A DNA stretch of 64,000 bases, taken from contig NC_134027.1 in assembly GCF_964204645.1 (NCBI RefSeq), forward strand, positions 25,320,560 through 25,384,559, given 5' to 3'. This document shows positions 42,465 to 54,881 of this stretch, piece after piece. Position numbers and translations under genes: made by a program. The stretch comes from Tubulanus polymorphus. Lineage: Eukaryota; Animalia; Nemertea. Below the pieces are notes generated by a model that saw only the letters and a list, made by a program, of their open reading frames with translations, was not told the DNA's origin and ran no database searches. Every line of letters starts with the position of its first letter. Positions within the stretch are counted from its first letter, which is position 1.

Positions 42465-44331
42465 ATGCCTACGCGATTTCACAAATTCCACGGATTGAAC
42501 ATACAGTTAAAAGATGACCGAACGGTCGCGTGTCGATTGCGCAGTTTCGCGCACGCGATCAGCTTCAGCGAGAAACCGCTGTCGCCGGGCGAGATATTCC
42601 TCATCGAGATCGAACAGAATGAGGGTGGCTGGAGCGGGCATCTGCGCATCGGACTGACGCAGCACGATCCGTCGAAGCCGTTCGATCTGCCGCAGTACGC
42701 GCTGCCCGACCTGGCGAGTATGGGTAAAACGTGGGTGTTCGCCGTGACGAAATCGCACAATCGCGTTTACGTGGAGGACGTGAGCGGCGACTGGCCGGTG
42801 AAAAAACCGTACGAGTCGATAATCGGCGACGGGCCGTACATACGCTCGAGTCGCGGTTACTTCATCCGCGCGCACCTGAAACCGGCGATCAAACGCGACG
42901 CGGCGGCGACCGACTCGGCCGGAGAGAACGATGACGACGACGACGAGAACGCGCTGCTCGCGACCGACGTCGGGAGTCGCATCGGAGTCATGTACGCCGT
43001 CGATAACGGTAAAGCCGATATGCATTTTATAATCAACGGCGAAGATCAGGGACCGTGCGCGCGCGATATTCCGTTTCGAGACGGTCCCCTGTACGCGATG
43101 GTCGACGTTTACGGAACGACGAAACAAGTTCGAGTCATGCAATTATACGAAGGTAAGCAACGACGCGAACAACTGACCGGGTCCACACGACTTCTCGATT
43201 TCTTTAAAACTCCTTCTTAACAGAAAATGCTTTTAAAGGTGCTTGGAATACCTTTGATTTGAGCGAAACGCCAGAAACTCTTTTAATTTTGAGAAATAGG
43301 CTATTAAAAATTTTTGTCTAGTTTGTAGTTGTACAGTAGACTACGCCTTAATCCGTACAGCTGGGACTAGGATTCTTAGCTACCCGATTAGGCAGTTACT
43401 GAATTAGAAACCGAGTATTAGTAAAGGATAAAGATTTGCTTCCAAAACTAGTGAATTAACGTTTTAACTAGATCTACACTACCAATTTAGTAGGAGTCCA
43501 CAGTAAAATGGGGCTATGAAATCGATGCAGATGCTTTCTGGATATATGAAATTCTCTCTTCTAAAACTCCTTGAAAACTCCATATGTTCAAGAATGACTG
43601 ATCTGAAGGGACCCTGACAGATAAATTATCGGTCAACGGTCGATTGTGAATTCTAAAGTTCAAATAGATTTAGTCTAGTCGATATACGTAGCTTTGACGT
43701 ACACGGGGTAATAGTGATCTTATTCATGTTCAGGCGGTTATTTTAAGAAATCCTTCATGAACAATACAACAATTGATGTTATCTGACATTTCTTATTCGA
43801 ACTGTTTCAAGATATATCAAAATCTCGTCATCAATTATGATAACGATAGTGATTACTGTTCCTCTGACTGGGTGGCCACTTACCTGAAGTCAGGAAAAGT
43901 CAGGGAATCGTCTGGGAATTGGTAAAAAATTAAGCTAAAAATCAGAGAAAGTCGGGGAAATGTGTTGAGAAACAGTTTCTGTCTATGTCTTACATATTTG
44001 ACTGTGTTGATTGATTGAATTCTAAGCAGATCAAGTCAGGGAAAATAACGCGCATGTCGGGGAATAGTCAGGGGAAAAGCAAGTTAAATATAAGCAGCCA
44101 CCCTGTCTGATGATGAGATCTTTGAAAAAAATACTATTTTTCACATTTTCACGAGTTTGTTGAAATTAATGGCGTCCTTTTTCTTCCATTGCAGATATTT
44201 CGTTACAGATGTTCTGCCGCGATACGATTCGAAAGCACATTCGTAAAGACGGCCACTATGGCAGCAACGGTTGTATCGATCAGCTTCCGTTGCCGAGAAA
44301 AATCAAGGACTATTTGAGTTATCACGAATGA
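42465..44331 (+). CDS. NEURL2: Neuralized-like protein 2 (NHR domain + SOCS box), 274 aa, 2 coding exons
   Basis: Exons 42465-43152 and 44195-44331. NHR motifs RFHKFHGLNI, FSEKPLSPGEIFLIEI, GWSGHLRIGLT, HFIINGEDQGP, PLYAMVDVYGTTKQV; SOCS box SLQMFCRDTIR...LPLPRKIKDYL. Confidence 0.9.
43868..44105. mobile_element. Dispersed non-autonomous DNA element with CAGGGTGGC-type ends
   Basis: GGGTGGCCACTTACCTGAA...GCAGCCACCCTG; related fragments at about 15842-16060, 23663, 26175-26326 and 53717. Confidence 0.6.
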
Positions 44332-45046
44332 TTAGTAATGACGCATTTGAGTTTGCGGTGCCAAATTTAATTCTTATTTAGTTGTCTGAAGGTGCTGAAA
44401 GTAGAAAGCTTAAAACAATCGGGATAAAATCCCGCGCGGTGTTAGTCCAGTGATTGATTGTTCGGTGTGTGTTGGCTAATCGATATTACGCTTCCTGCAT
44501 CCATCCACAATGCTGGGTTCGGTTTTGCGAAAAAGTCGACGAAAACCTAATCGTCAAAATCTCGTTTGAAGGACGCCAGACGGTTTTCAGAGTCGACCGA
44601 AAGTTCAGAGTGTAAGGTGTACTTGATAACAAAGTGATAAGATAGTTGAACTCTCTCAATTCTCTATCTACTAATTATAAGTCAAATATTACCGGTTTCT
44701 TTCGCATGGAAAGACACATTATTTTCTCAGATTATGGTAAACTATGGTAAAAACTTTTCTAAGTTTGTCCGAGAATTATTTTAATGTATGTGCGTTGATG
44801 AAAAGGTTATTTTGTGAAAGAATATTTTGTTCGCTCTCGAATTCAATTCTTTAATTGTGGATCAAATTTGGTTTGAGTTTGACTCTTGAGTAAGTTTACG
44901 TGAGTTTATACAAGCTTGTTCCAGTTGCTAGAAAATGGTTAGAACATTTACCTTGATACCGCGTTGTTAGAATTTATGTCGTGGTTAATTTAACCCACTT
45001 TTTAACAACTGGTCCCATTAACTGTCAAACTGGATCCAGCTCTTCG

Positions 45047-45250
45047 TAAAGCCCAACGCACACAGCACCGAAAAAAACGTTTTTTCCTCGTGAAAAAACG
45101 TTTTCGATGTTTTTTGTCATGCCGTGTGCGGGGGAGGCAAAACGAAAAACGCCAAGCTGAAAAACGTTTTTCACGAGCAAAAAACGTTTTCTGAAAAACG
45201 TGTTTTCTGTTTCGGCGAAACAAATGTTTTGCTATGTGCGTTGGGCTTTA
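45047..45250. mobile_element. MITE with TAA/TTA-type flanks (PIF/Harbinger-like)
   Basis: TAAAGCCCAACGCACACAGCA versus TGCTATGTGCGTTGGGCTTTA; internal AAAACGTTTT palindromes. Confidence 0.75.
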
Positions 45251-46082
45251 GAATGAGTAAATTTCATCTGGATTGAGTATGGTTGAACTGTTTTGCTTGA
45301 ATATGAAAAAAAGCAATTCATTTTAAGCTGTCTCGGCATACAAAAAACAAGGAAGCCTTGAAATATCTGTCTTTAAAAAATTGAAATACTCTTTCTTGGT
45401 TTTTGAAATTGATCGGCTCTAAGAGCCTTCGAAAAGTGATGGCTGCTTCGATAAATCCTCCTATGACATCATTAACAATCGATTGGAAGGTGCATCAGAA
45501 AGTGCAAGCTTAATGAGGAAATTGAGGGACTATGGATGCTGCCATCTTTTTAGGGTCTCTAAGACATGTGGGTCCCTGAAATTAAGAGGAAAAAAAGTTC
45601 TATCGGTGTCCGGTGTATTTCTGAAAAATGAATTAACGTCTCCCAAATTTGTCTCTGGCTAACATGGACTACTGTCAATTATACATTTTATTTTTTATAT
45701 ACCCTTATCTCGATTATAAATAGGAAAACACCATCTGGATGGTGTGTGAGGATTATACACCTTTGGTTGGTTGTATGCGCAGCATATCTTTAGTGTAACA
45801 ATTATCATGTATATATTATATGCTTAATTAACTTGTACAGCAAAATAAATGCATAAGTTGTGTTTATCATAATCTTTATTTGGCTTTGGTTTTTTTTTGG
45901 ATTTGATGGAATTTCAAATATATATTATTCTAAATAGCCAAGTACTGAGGATTTTTCATTGGAACTATTAATTCTACATCCTTGTAGGAAGTCTTCGGGA
46001 GAAGAGGGCTAAGTATAGGATAATTGTCATGAACGGGTGACCACCCGCCGAATGACCGCTACATGACCAAATGCCGTTAGCT

Positions 46083-46310
46083 GCTGCCATCTAGTGGTTG
46101 ACCAATCGTACGGTTGAGTGACCATGTACCTCCATCAGGCGCTGCCATTAAGTGGATGCTCAATTTAAATGTTTTTATCTGACATTGCCATATGCATTTC
46201 AATAAATGTCAAAAAACAAGAAACAAATCTTCATTGTATACGAGAAGTCCCGAAACACGGTTGAGTGACCGCTAAATGACCTATGTACCGTCAGCTGCTG
46301 CCACCTGACG
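46083..46310 (-). promoter_or_regulatory. Cluster of three same-orientation CTCF-like motifs upstream of TKT
   Basis: Reverse strand CCACTAGATGGCAGC (46083-46097), CCACTTAATGGCAGC (46141-46155), CCGTCAGGTGGCAGC (46296-46310). Confidence 0.5.
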
Positions 46311-46351
46311 GCTGACCGGCACATCGCACACTCGCGTGAATAAACTGAAAC

Positions 46352-49300
46352 ATGGCTGAAGGAGATTATCATCGTCCCGATAGTAATAAATTACAGGCTC
46401 TTAAAGACCTGGCAAATAAACTGCGTGTTCACAGTATTGAAGCCACTAATGCCAGTAATTCGGGGTAAGTCTTATTTACAGCTGTCGTCTCATAATTCAC
46501 TTCATTTGCAGCGTTTTCTAACCTTCGATTTAGATTAGCCTTGCTTGCCAGGGCAGAGAGAGGAAGGAATTGGGATTTGACCCCAGCTGTTGACCTCAGC
46601 GCCTGGTGTTGCAGCAGTATAAATCACGCCACTTCATAAGCATAAATCAATTCATTGGATTAGCCAGTTAAATTAATCCTTTATAAATCATGTATAATCA
46701 ATGAAAAAGCTCCAAAAACAAGGCACTCTGCCGGATCAGTTCAGCCCCTTTTTCGGCAGAAAGAAAATTTTTTATATAGCCTGGATTCTGGAATTTACGC
46801 TATTCAATTTTTTGATGGTGCTCTTTAAGAATTAAAGTTGACCCTTGTTGAATTTTTTTGCAAATATCATCTCGTTCAAATTCTGCATCGAAACATATTT
46901 TTTAAATGCAGGCCTATAGATATATTTCGTATATTTTTAAAATATTTTCATTAATTAATTCTACAGACACCCGACATCATGTTGCTCGATGGCGGAAATG
47001 ATGTCGGTTTTGTTTTTCCACACGATGAAATACAAAGTCTCCGAGCCGCGACATCCCAGCAACGATCGATTCATTCTGTCAAAGGTATGTTTGGAATTCA
47101 TTTACGATTGTTTAAAATCCGAACGTCAATTTTGCATAGTTCACAATCTGGACTATCATTGCTTGATAACTTTAAAACTCTCAAGAATTATTTTCATTGA
47201 CCTCACGTTTCCTTGAAATTTGAGAAATAATACTTGAATCCTTCAAACTGTGAAAAAGATTTTGGGAAATCTTAAATGAAAATTTTAAAGTCATTTGATA
47301 ATATATAATAGTCCTCAATAATATGGTTTCTGGCCTTATATCACCAAAGTACCTTCAAAGTAGACAATATTTATAAAAGCGACCCAGCTGTCCAGACAAT
47401 AGCACAGAGACCTCTTCACTTAGTTTAATTCAGGTTCCATATTCTTGATAAAGGTCAAGCATTAGACGATTGAATAGTTTCAGTTGTCCTCTAAACATGA
47501 AATAACGCACAAACAGTTTTTCCTCGAAAGGTGACCTGCTGTTTGTGCATTCTTTTTGGGGACGCATTTAAAACTCTCTAAAAAGAATTTCCAATATTTC
47601 TCCTTGAATCCAGTTCTTCAAAAATTCTCAAATAACAAAAATAGAATGAACCCTTTACATAAACAGGGAGACTGACATGTTCTACCCTTACAGGGTTCAT
47701 CCTCTGTGAACTATATAAAATGATAAATTTTCTAATTACAGGGTCATGCAGCTCCGATTTTGTACGCCGCCTGGGCCGAGGCCGGATTATTCCCCGTTTC
47801 CGACCTGATGAAACTGAGAAAAATAGACAGCGACCTTGAAGGACATCCGACACCGGTACGTCAGTATATTCTCTTCTAAGAAAAAGATAATTTATTCGCA
47901 AATTATATTGAATTAAGAGCACATTGTTGCTTAAAAGTATTTGTGCATTCACGAAAATGTTGCTGATTTTCTACAATTTTAAGCATTATGTCTATAGGGA
48001 GAAGTCGCTTGTACTCTTATTCATGTGAAAAGGGTTTCAGATTTTTGCTGAAAGTAGATTTATTGTTTTGGCGATGACAAAAGGATAATAAGTTTACCCC
48101 CGTGTAATTTAATTTCAGAGATTGAATTTCGTCGATGTTGCTACCGGTTCTCTGGGGCAGGGTCTGGGTTGTGCTGCAGGAATGGCATACACCGGAAAGT
48201 ACTTCGATAAAGCCAGGTATGTATACATTCAAAACCACTGATAGTCAATGTAGTAACAGTCAACCTTGCTGTTTCTCGTCTCAAAGTTGCTCAAATTTTA
48301 AGAATTAAAATTTTTAAACTAAGTCGCAGCTATTTAGTTTAGATGATGTCATTATCAGCCAATCAGATATCCTGTTTTATTTTAAACTGGGTTTTCCCAT
48401 GTATTGTTCTTCCGTGAAATTTACCTCAGCGATTATACCCGGATAAGCACCCGGTCTATTGTGGTAGGGGTTCGTGCCGTGGCTGAGTGTAACGATGCCA
48501 TCAGGTTTGAACCCCTGCCGAGGGAGGCTGACACATTCACTGAAGCCTATACCTGCTATGCGGCAGTCGATGTCAATATTGAAGGATATTAACTTCCTAA
48601 GTCGTACATTTCGTTAAAAAAGAAATTCCTAGATATTCGACTTATTCTTCAGTCGTACATTGTGTTAGTCAAATAAATATCGAATGGGCCGAACTTGGTT
48701 CGATGGTACGACTTATGCGAGGTTTACTAACATACAGCCCGTGTTAGGGAGATCACACTGCAGTTATACCCAGTGTAAAGCCTAGCGCACATCGACACTG
48801 CGATTGGAGACAATTAGTTGCCAGGCAGTTTTCGGCGCATGAGAGCAACTGGCTGGATACAATCAGTTGCTCGAATTTGTCGATGTGAGCTAGCTTACGA
48901 TTGGTTAGCGTCCATCCAGTTCTACCCAGTTGCTCGTGTTCTACTTTTGAGCAACTAGTTGTACTCAGTTGCTCTGATATCCGTCGATGTGAGCGCTCCA
49001 TAATCAACAACACATGGTTGTAACTGACTAAAACAAAGCTATTCGTCACGTGACTTGTGATGCCCTCAAGAATATTTGCTAAACCACATCTCAGTTGCTG
49101 TCGATGTGTGCGCTATGGACCTAGCGACCGGCATGAGCCACGCAGTTGCTGGTTTTTACTAAATTTTCGATGTGCGCGGGGTACTCGTTCACTAGCAACT
49201 AGTTGTCTCCAGTCGCTTTGTCGATGTATGCTTAGCTTAAGAGGCTTTGTTGAAAACATTAATACCGGTACTTCGGAATATTTTTGAATAGAAACATCAG

Positions 49301-52300
49301 TTTCAAACATCTGTGGCTCGATTTTATGCCTATCGTGTTCATAGTTTGAGCACGAATATATTCCGGTTGCATAATAATATTTTATCGCGAATGCAGTTTT
49401 ATTGAGAAAAAGGTCTCTAGATCTTATCGAGTCATTCGTTAGGGAAATTAAATCAAGCTGTTACAAGTTCGCATTCAAAGATCTTTGCTCTCAGAGTTTG
49501 GTATAATTCGAGGTCCCGTCTGGCACCTTTACAGTACAATGCGCGAATCAACAGCAAAATGGAACCTTGTTTCTGACTGAGCTGCCAACTGTTCCTGATT
49601 TTCAATATTTGTTATTATTATATAACAAGAAATACTGATCTCATTCGTTTGATCCAAATCGAAATGCGAAAAATATAACCGTCGATTACTGATTAATTTG
49701 AAGATTTTCTTTCATATTTCAATGAAATGTTACTGAAATAAATTCAATTTGTTACAGATTGCACTTTTGAGAGGTTGGCAATTCTCGCTATTGTAAATTG
49801 CCAGAGAGAAAAATGCTTTGGTCTTTTTTGTAACATGTTTTATGCTAGATAATCCTGACTGTGGCAGAATGATGGCATAATAATGATTCAGTCAGACAAT
49901 GATCTACGGTTTACTGCTGTGCTGTACTACTGAGAAATCTATCAGAAGTTTTAAACTTTAAACCAACCCTCTCTTTAGTCCTGGTCCAGTATCATTGGAA
50001 CTGCAATAACTACGGGGGCAAAAGCCGTGGTAATTCACAGAATGACGTTTATTTCTTTGAATTTGAATACCATCGTTTTGACGAAATTGAAGTAAATTTG
50101 TCACATTTTTACTTTAAAATCGGCAATCAAGAATTGCTTCCAACATGCCTGTGACTCTTAAGATAAATCGAAGTAGGCCGATCAGTCAATACTGGTTCTA
50201 ACCTGTTGTTGAACCAAAAGAGGTCCTATCAAATTCATCGGGAAACATGTGAAAAATCAAATTCTATATTTTCTAGTTATGAGTGTATTCTGTACATGTA
50301 TTTTCTAGTTACCCGTATTGTGTATTCTGTATTTTCTAGTTACTGTGTATTTTCTAGTTACCATATATTCTGTATTTTCTAGTTATTGTGTATTTTGTAT
50401 TTTCTAGTTACCGTGTATTTTGTATTTTCTAGTTACCGTGTATTCTGTATTATTGGTGACGGTGAAAGCGCGGAAGGATCGATCTGGGAGGCGCTCGCGT
50501 TCAGCAGTCATTATAAACTCGATAATCTCGTCGCTATATTCGATGTGAATCGTCTCGGACAGAGCGCGCAGACCTCTCTCGCTCACGACATGGAAACTTA
50601 TCAGAAACGCGTCGAAGCATTCGGGTAAATTTAATCTCGATTCCTCTCCGCGTTCGTGTATAGACATCAGTTAAAGAAATTTGAAGAAAAAAAACTTTTT
50701 GAAAATTTTTCTTTTTGATTTATCAGAAACCATTCAATTTCAAATGTGATGAAATGTAGGTGGCATTTAATTTTTGAATCAGCCAGCGAGCATCATATAA
50801 GTTACATATCTAGCTATATATGGCTGATTAAGGCTGATAAGAACCACTTACAAGAGGTGATATATTTGCTGTTTGGTCGAAGTTTATTTCCAATTATGAA
50901 TATTTGAAGTTCTGAACAATGTAGATGATGTTTGGACTAATATCTGTATTGTATATCTGTGGTATAAAGGTTTCTTGTCGGGTTACGGCACCATGAAATT
51001 GATTTTTGTTCAATTATGATTTTAGGTGGAACGTGTGCGTTGTTGATGGTCATGACGTGGCTGCTTTATGCAGAGCGTTACACGAAGCTTCGGTAACTAA
51101 AGACAAACCGACTGCTATTATTGCTAAAACATTCAAAGGAAAAGGCATTCCAGGTAAATCATGCGATAGTGTTTTAGAGTTCTATATTCTTTCAATAAAG
51201 GTTCAAACTAAAATAGGTTAAAACGTAGTCTTCCGAAAATGTCTTAAAACATGATTTTAAACTGCTGATTGTGTATATTAAGACTCAGTCACTCTCATGA
51301 TTTGATAAGAAGGATCCAAAATTGCACTCATTTTAATAGAGTAGAATTCATTTATCACATGCCCCAGACAATACATAACATGTCATACATTTTCTTAGTC
51401 CTATTCGTAGTTGTTGGTCCAAAGAAAGAGGAGTTGACTGTAACGTTTCAAACAGTTAAAGCACGATGACCTGAAGAAATATTGATGTCCTACTAATCTC
51501 TTTTCATTGCAGCAAAAAAAGACAACTGTTGGTTAGGTTACCCTACCACTCTGAAATGCATATTAGTCTGATTGTTTTCATGATTTCTAACCTCATTGTT
51601 TCAACTTGTAACTAGGCGTAGAAGATTTGTTGGATTTCCACGGTAAACCGATGGGCGCTCGTTCCGAGGAAGCCCTAGCAGCTATACGCGGTCAGATACA
51701 GACAGCGAGTCCATCGATCAGCCCTCTTCCGGTTATTGATGATTGCCCGGTGATTGAGGACACCGAGGTGAAATTATCGAAACCACCGAATTACACCCTC
51801 GGACAAACTGTAAGTATTTTATTCGAACTACGTGTTTTGTGCAGGGGCAGATTCAGTGGGTGGTTCCGATAGGGGCGGATTCAGTGGGTGGTTCCGGTAG
51901 GGGTGGATTCCGTGGCTGGTTCTGGTAGGGGTGGATTCAGTGGCTGGTTTCGGTAGGGGTGAATTCAGAGGCTGGTTCCGGTTATTAAGATGTTAATCGT
52001 GTGATTGATGTATTTTCAGGTCGCGACTCGAGCTGCTTACGGAACTGCTCTCGTGAATATCGGACACGATCGTAGAGTGATCGCCCTCGACGCGGACGTC
52101 TCCAATTCTACATTCGCTATTCATTTCAGGGTAAAAAACACACGGCGCCCTCTACTGGGGAAATCATTGGGGCCCGATTTATTTCAAAAATTGTGAAAAG
52201 TTTTAAGTCTGCTTGAGATATTGTGAAAAAGTTAAGGGCTGGGTTTCATAGATATAGAAGAAAGATAGTCCCTGGGAACATTTTGAAATTTGTCAGTTAC

Positions 52301-54881
52301 AACCATGGTTTCTCATTGTGACTATGGTGGTTGTCACCCAGATTGAGGATTTATCCCTAGGGATAACTTTGATACTCAGTCTATGAAACCGGGCCAAGAT
52401 GTTAAGATAAATGCAAACAAGATAAATGTCTGAAATGCCTGGAAAATTCAGAAAAATGTTGGGAAAACCCAGGAATTTGTAAAAATGCGGAAAGTGGTGC
52501 GACTTTGATAAAATACTGTATGCTGTATTTCTATTTTGCAGAAAGCCTACCCGACCCGATTCGTCGAATGTTTCATCGCCGAACAGAATCTAGTCGGCGT
52601 CGGAATTGGCTGCGGAACGCGAGGTCGAACGATTCCGTTCATCAGTTCGTTCGCCGCTTTCCTCGAACGAGCTCACGATCAAATACGTATGGGCGCGATT
52701 TCGCAAACCAACGCTAACTTCGTCGGATCTCACTGCGGCGTTTCCATCGGTAAGTCTCCCTAAACGGGCTGACCACTGACCTGGAAAACTCGGGGAATCA
52801 GAAACAATTCTAGAAATGAATCGGGGAATTTAACGAATTTCACCAAAAACATGGAAAACTTAAGGAATTTAACAAACTTTGCTAAGAACCTGGAAAACTC
52901 GGGAATTTTGTTATGCTTTTTGCGATTCATGAACAATGAATAGATTATAACAGGGCGATCGGTAAGTTTCCCTTAACTGGCTGACCACTGATCTGGAAAA
53001 CCAGGAAAACTCAGGGAATCGGAATCAATTCCATAAATAAATCTGAGAATTTAACGAATTTCATCAAAAACCTGGAAAACTGAATTTGGAATTTAATAAA
53101 CTTAACTTACTAAGATCATGGAAAATCAGTGCAAAATCAGGGATTTGTAAATTGGTGGAAAATGGCGCCCACCTGCTATTGAGGCGCTGCCAATTTTACG
53201 AAAAGTAAAACTTTTAAATTGATTTAATTTCTTCAGTTTATCTCAAATCTTTACTTTGTAGTTAATAATTGACTTAAGGTCAGTCTAAGACCATCTTAGT
53301 TCTATAGCCGATCTAACATCTTCGGACTAGTCTTGAGATTTGAGACTAATTTTTCACTATATTTGTATATATGATGAATTTCAGGCGATGACGGTCCGTC
53401 TCAAATGGCTCTTGAAGACATCGCGATGTTCCGTTGTATTCCGGGATCGACGGTGTTTTACCCGAGCGATGCCGTGTCCGCTGAACGCGCCGTCGAATTA
53501 GCCGCCAACACGAAGGGTATTTGTTTCATTAGAACGAGTCGCCCGGCCGGACCGGTCATTTATAACAACGATGAGACATTCGCGGTCGGACAAGCGAAGG
53601 TAGGGACGCGAATGACTCATTTCATTGCGGTGTTTAGTCCGGTTCCGTATGATACGAGATCAAATATAGGAGGGTTATTTGCTTAACTGTTAAAACACTT
53701 GTCAGAAAATTAGGTTCAGGGTGGCCACTTACCTGAAAATCAGGATGAAGTAGGGAATTCTATTTTCTTTTAAAAGTCGGGGAAATGTGCAGGATCAGAA
53801 TTTAAAAGCGCTTACTTTTATTGTAAAAAAGGGTTCATTCATTTATAACGTACGCATAAAATTTGAATTTTTCAACCCCCCTCCCCCTCTGTACGCAAAA
53901 TCGACCATTTTTCATATACATTAAGCATTACAGTACGCAATTGCACTTGGCCCCTCCCCCTCCCCTAATGCGTACGTAATAAATGAATAACCCCAAAGTC
54001 TTTACTTTTGCCTCGATCAGTGCTGTAATCTATTCCGCGGTATTTCAGGTTGTCCGTCAGAACGACGCCGATAAAGTAACGATCGTAGCGTCTGCCGTGA
54101 CGATGGTCGAAGCGTTGAAAGCGGCCGACGAACTCGCCGCCGAAGGAATCCACGTACGACTCGTCGATCCGTTCACGATTAAACCGATCGATAAGCAGAC
54201 TATATTGACGGCGGCTCGCGCTACCGGCGGTCGCGTACTCACCGTCGAGGATCATTATCCGGAAGGTTCGTATACAATCCTACATCATCTAACTATGACT
54301 ACTTAAGTTTTCTAATTAGTTTCTACTATTTGAGAGTAGTGTCTGCTCTTAAGAGTTCAGCTATTCCAGATAATATCTAAATACTCATGATAATTATTAC
54401 TTCTGTTTGAGATTAGTTTCTGCTATTCCCAAAAATATCAAAATACTTCCAGAATCAGAATGCTAATAATGATAATGATTATTATTATTACTATTCTGCA
54501 GAATTACGATAGGGTCTAAGCAGCAGAAAACCCTAATAATAATGATTATCTGCAGAATAACAAAAGGTTTTTGCCAAAGCAGCAGAAAACCCGGATAATA
54601 ATCATGGAAATATCTATAGGGTTTTCTATAAAGTAACAGCGTTTTATAATAAGAACTAGATGTTTATACATGTAGTTTGAAAAATGAAATGGTCGCGTGT
54701 TGTATTTGTAGGTGGTATTGGTGAAGCAGTCGCCGGAGCTCTCTCTGACGAGAGCGGAATCGTTATTCATCGAATCGCCGTCGACCGTGTCCCGAGAAGC
54801 GGAAAACCCAACGAATTACTCGACATGTTCGGCATCAGCGCACCTCACATCGCTAAGGGCGTCAAGAAAATGTTGGCCTAA
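46352..54881 (+). CDS. TKT: Transketolase (animal type), 625 aa, 12 exons
   Basis: Exons 46352-46464, 46967-47084, 47742-47855, 48119-48216, 50433-50624, 51026-51153, 51616-51809, 52020-52130, 52542-52749, 53385-53599, 54049-54265, 54712-54881 (1878 nt). [36 protein letters not shown], ThDP motif GDGESAEG...[22 protein letters not shown]. Confidence 0.97.
48776..49240. mobile_element. MITE with long imperfect TIRs and TAA flanks
   Basis: TAAAGCCTAGCGCACATCGACACTGCGATTGGAGACAATTAGTTGC versus GCAACTAGTTGTCTCCAGTCGCTTTGTCGATGTATGCTTAGCTTAA. Confidence 0.7.
50262..50450. repeat. Tandem repeat of the TKT exon-5 splice acceptor junction, 7 copies
   Basis: TATTTTCTAGTTA with the AG ending at 50276, 50308, 50339, 50357, 50382, 50407, 50432. 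Confidence 0.9.
51844..51983. repeat. 28-bp G-rich tandem repeat, 5 copies
   Basis: GGGG(C/T)GGATTCAGTGG(G/C)TGGTTCCGGTA units fill most of TKT intron 7. Confidence 0.88.
52236..52395. mobile_element. MITE, copy 2 of the 33028-33192 family
   Basis: GGGCTGGGTTTCATAGA...TCTATGAAACCGGGCC with near-identical interior. Confidence 0.8.

Noticed and set aside
42507-43142. 211-aa antisense ORF over NEURL2
   Set aside because: Shadow ORF of a GC-rich coding exon, with no motifs.
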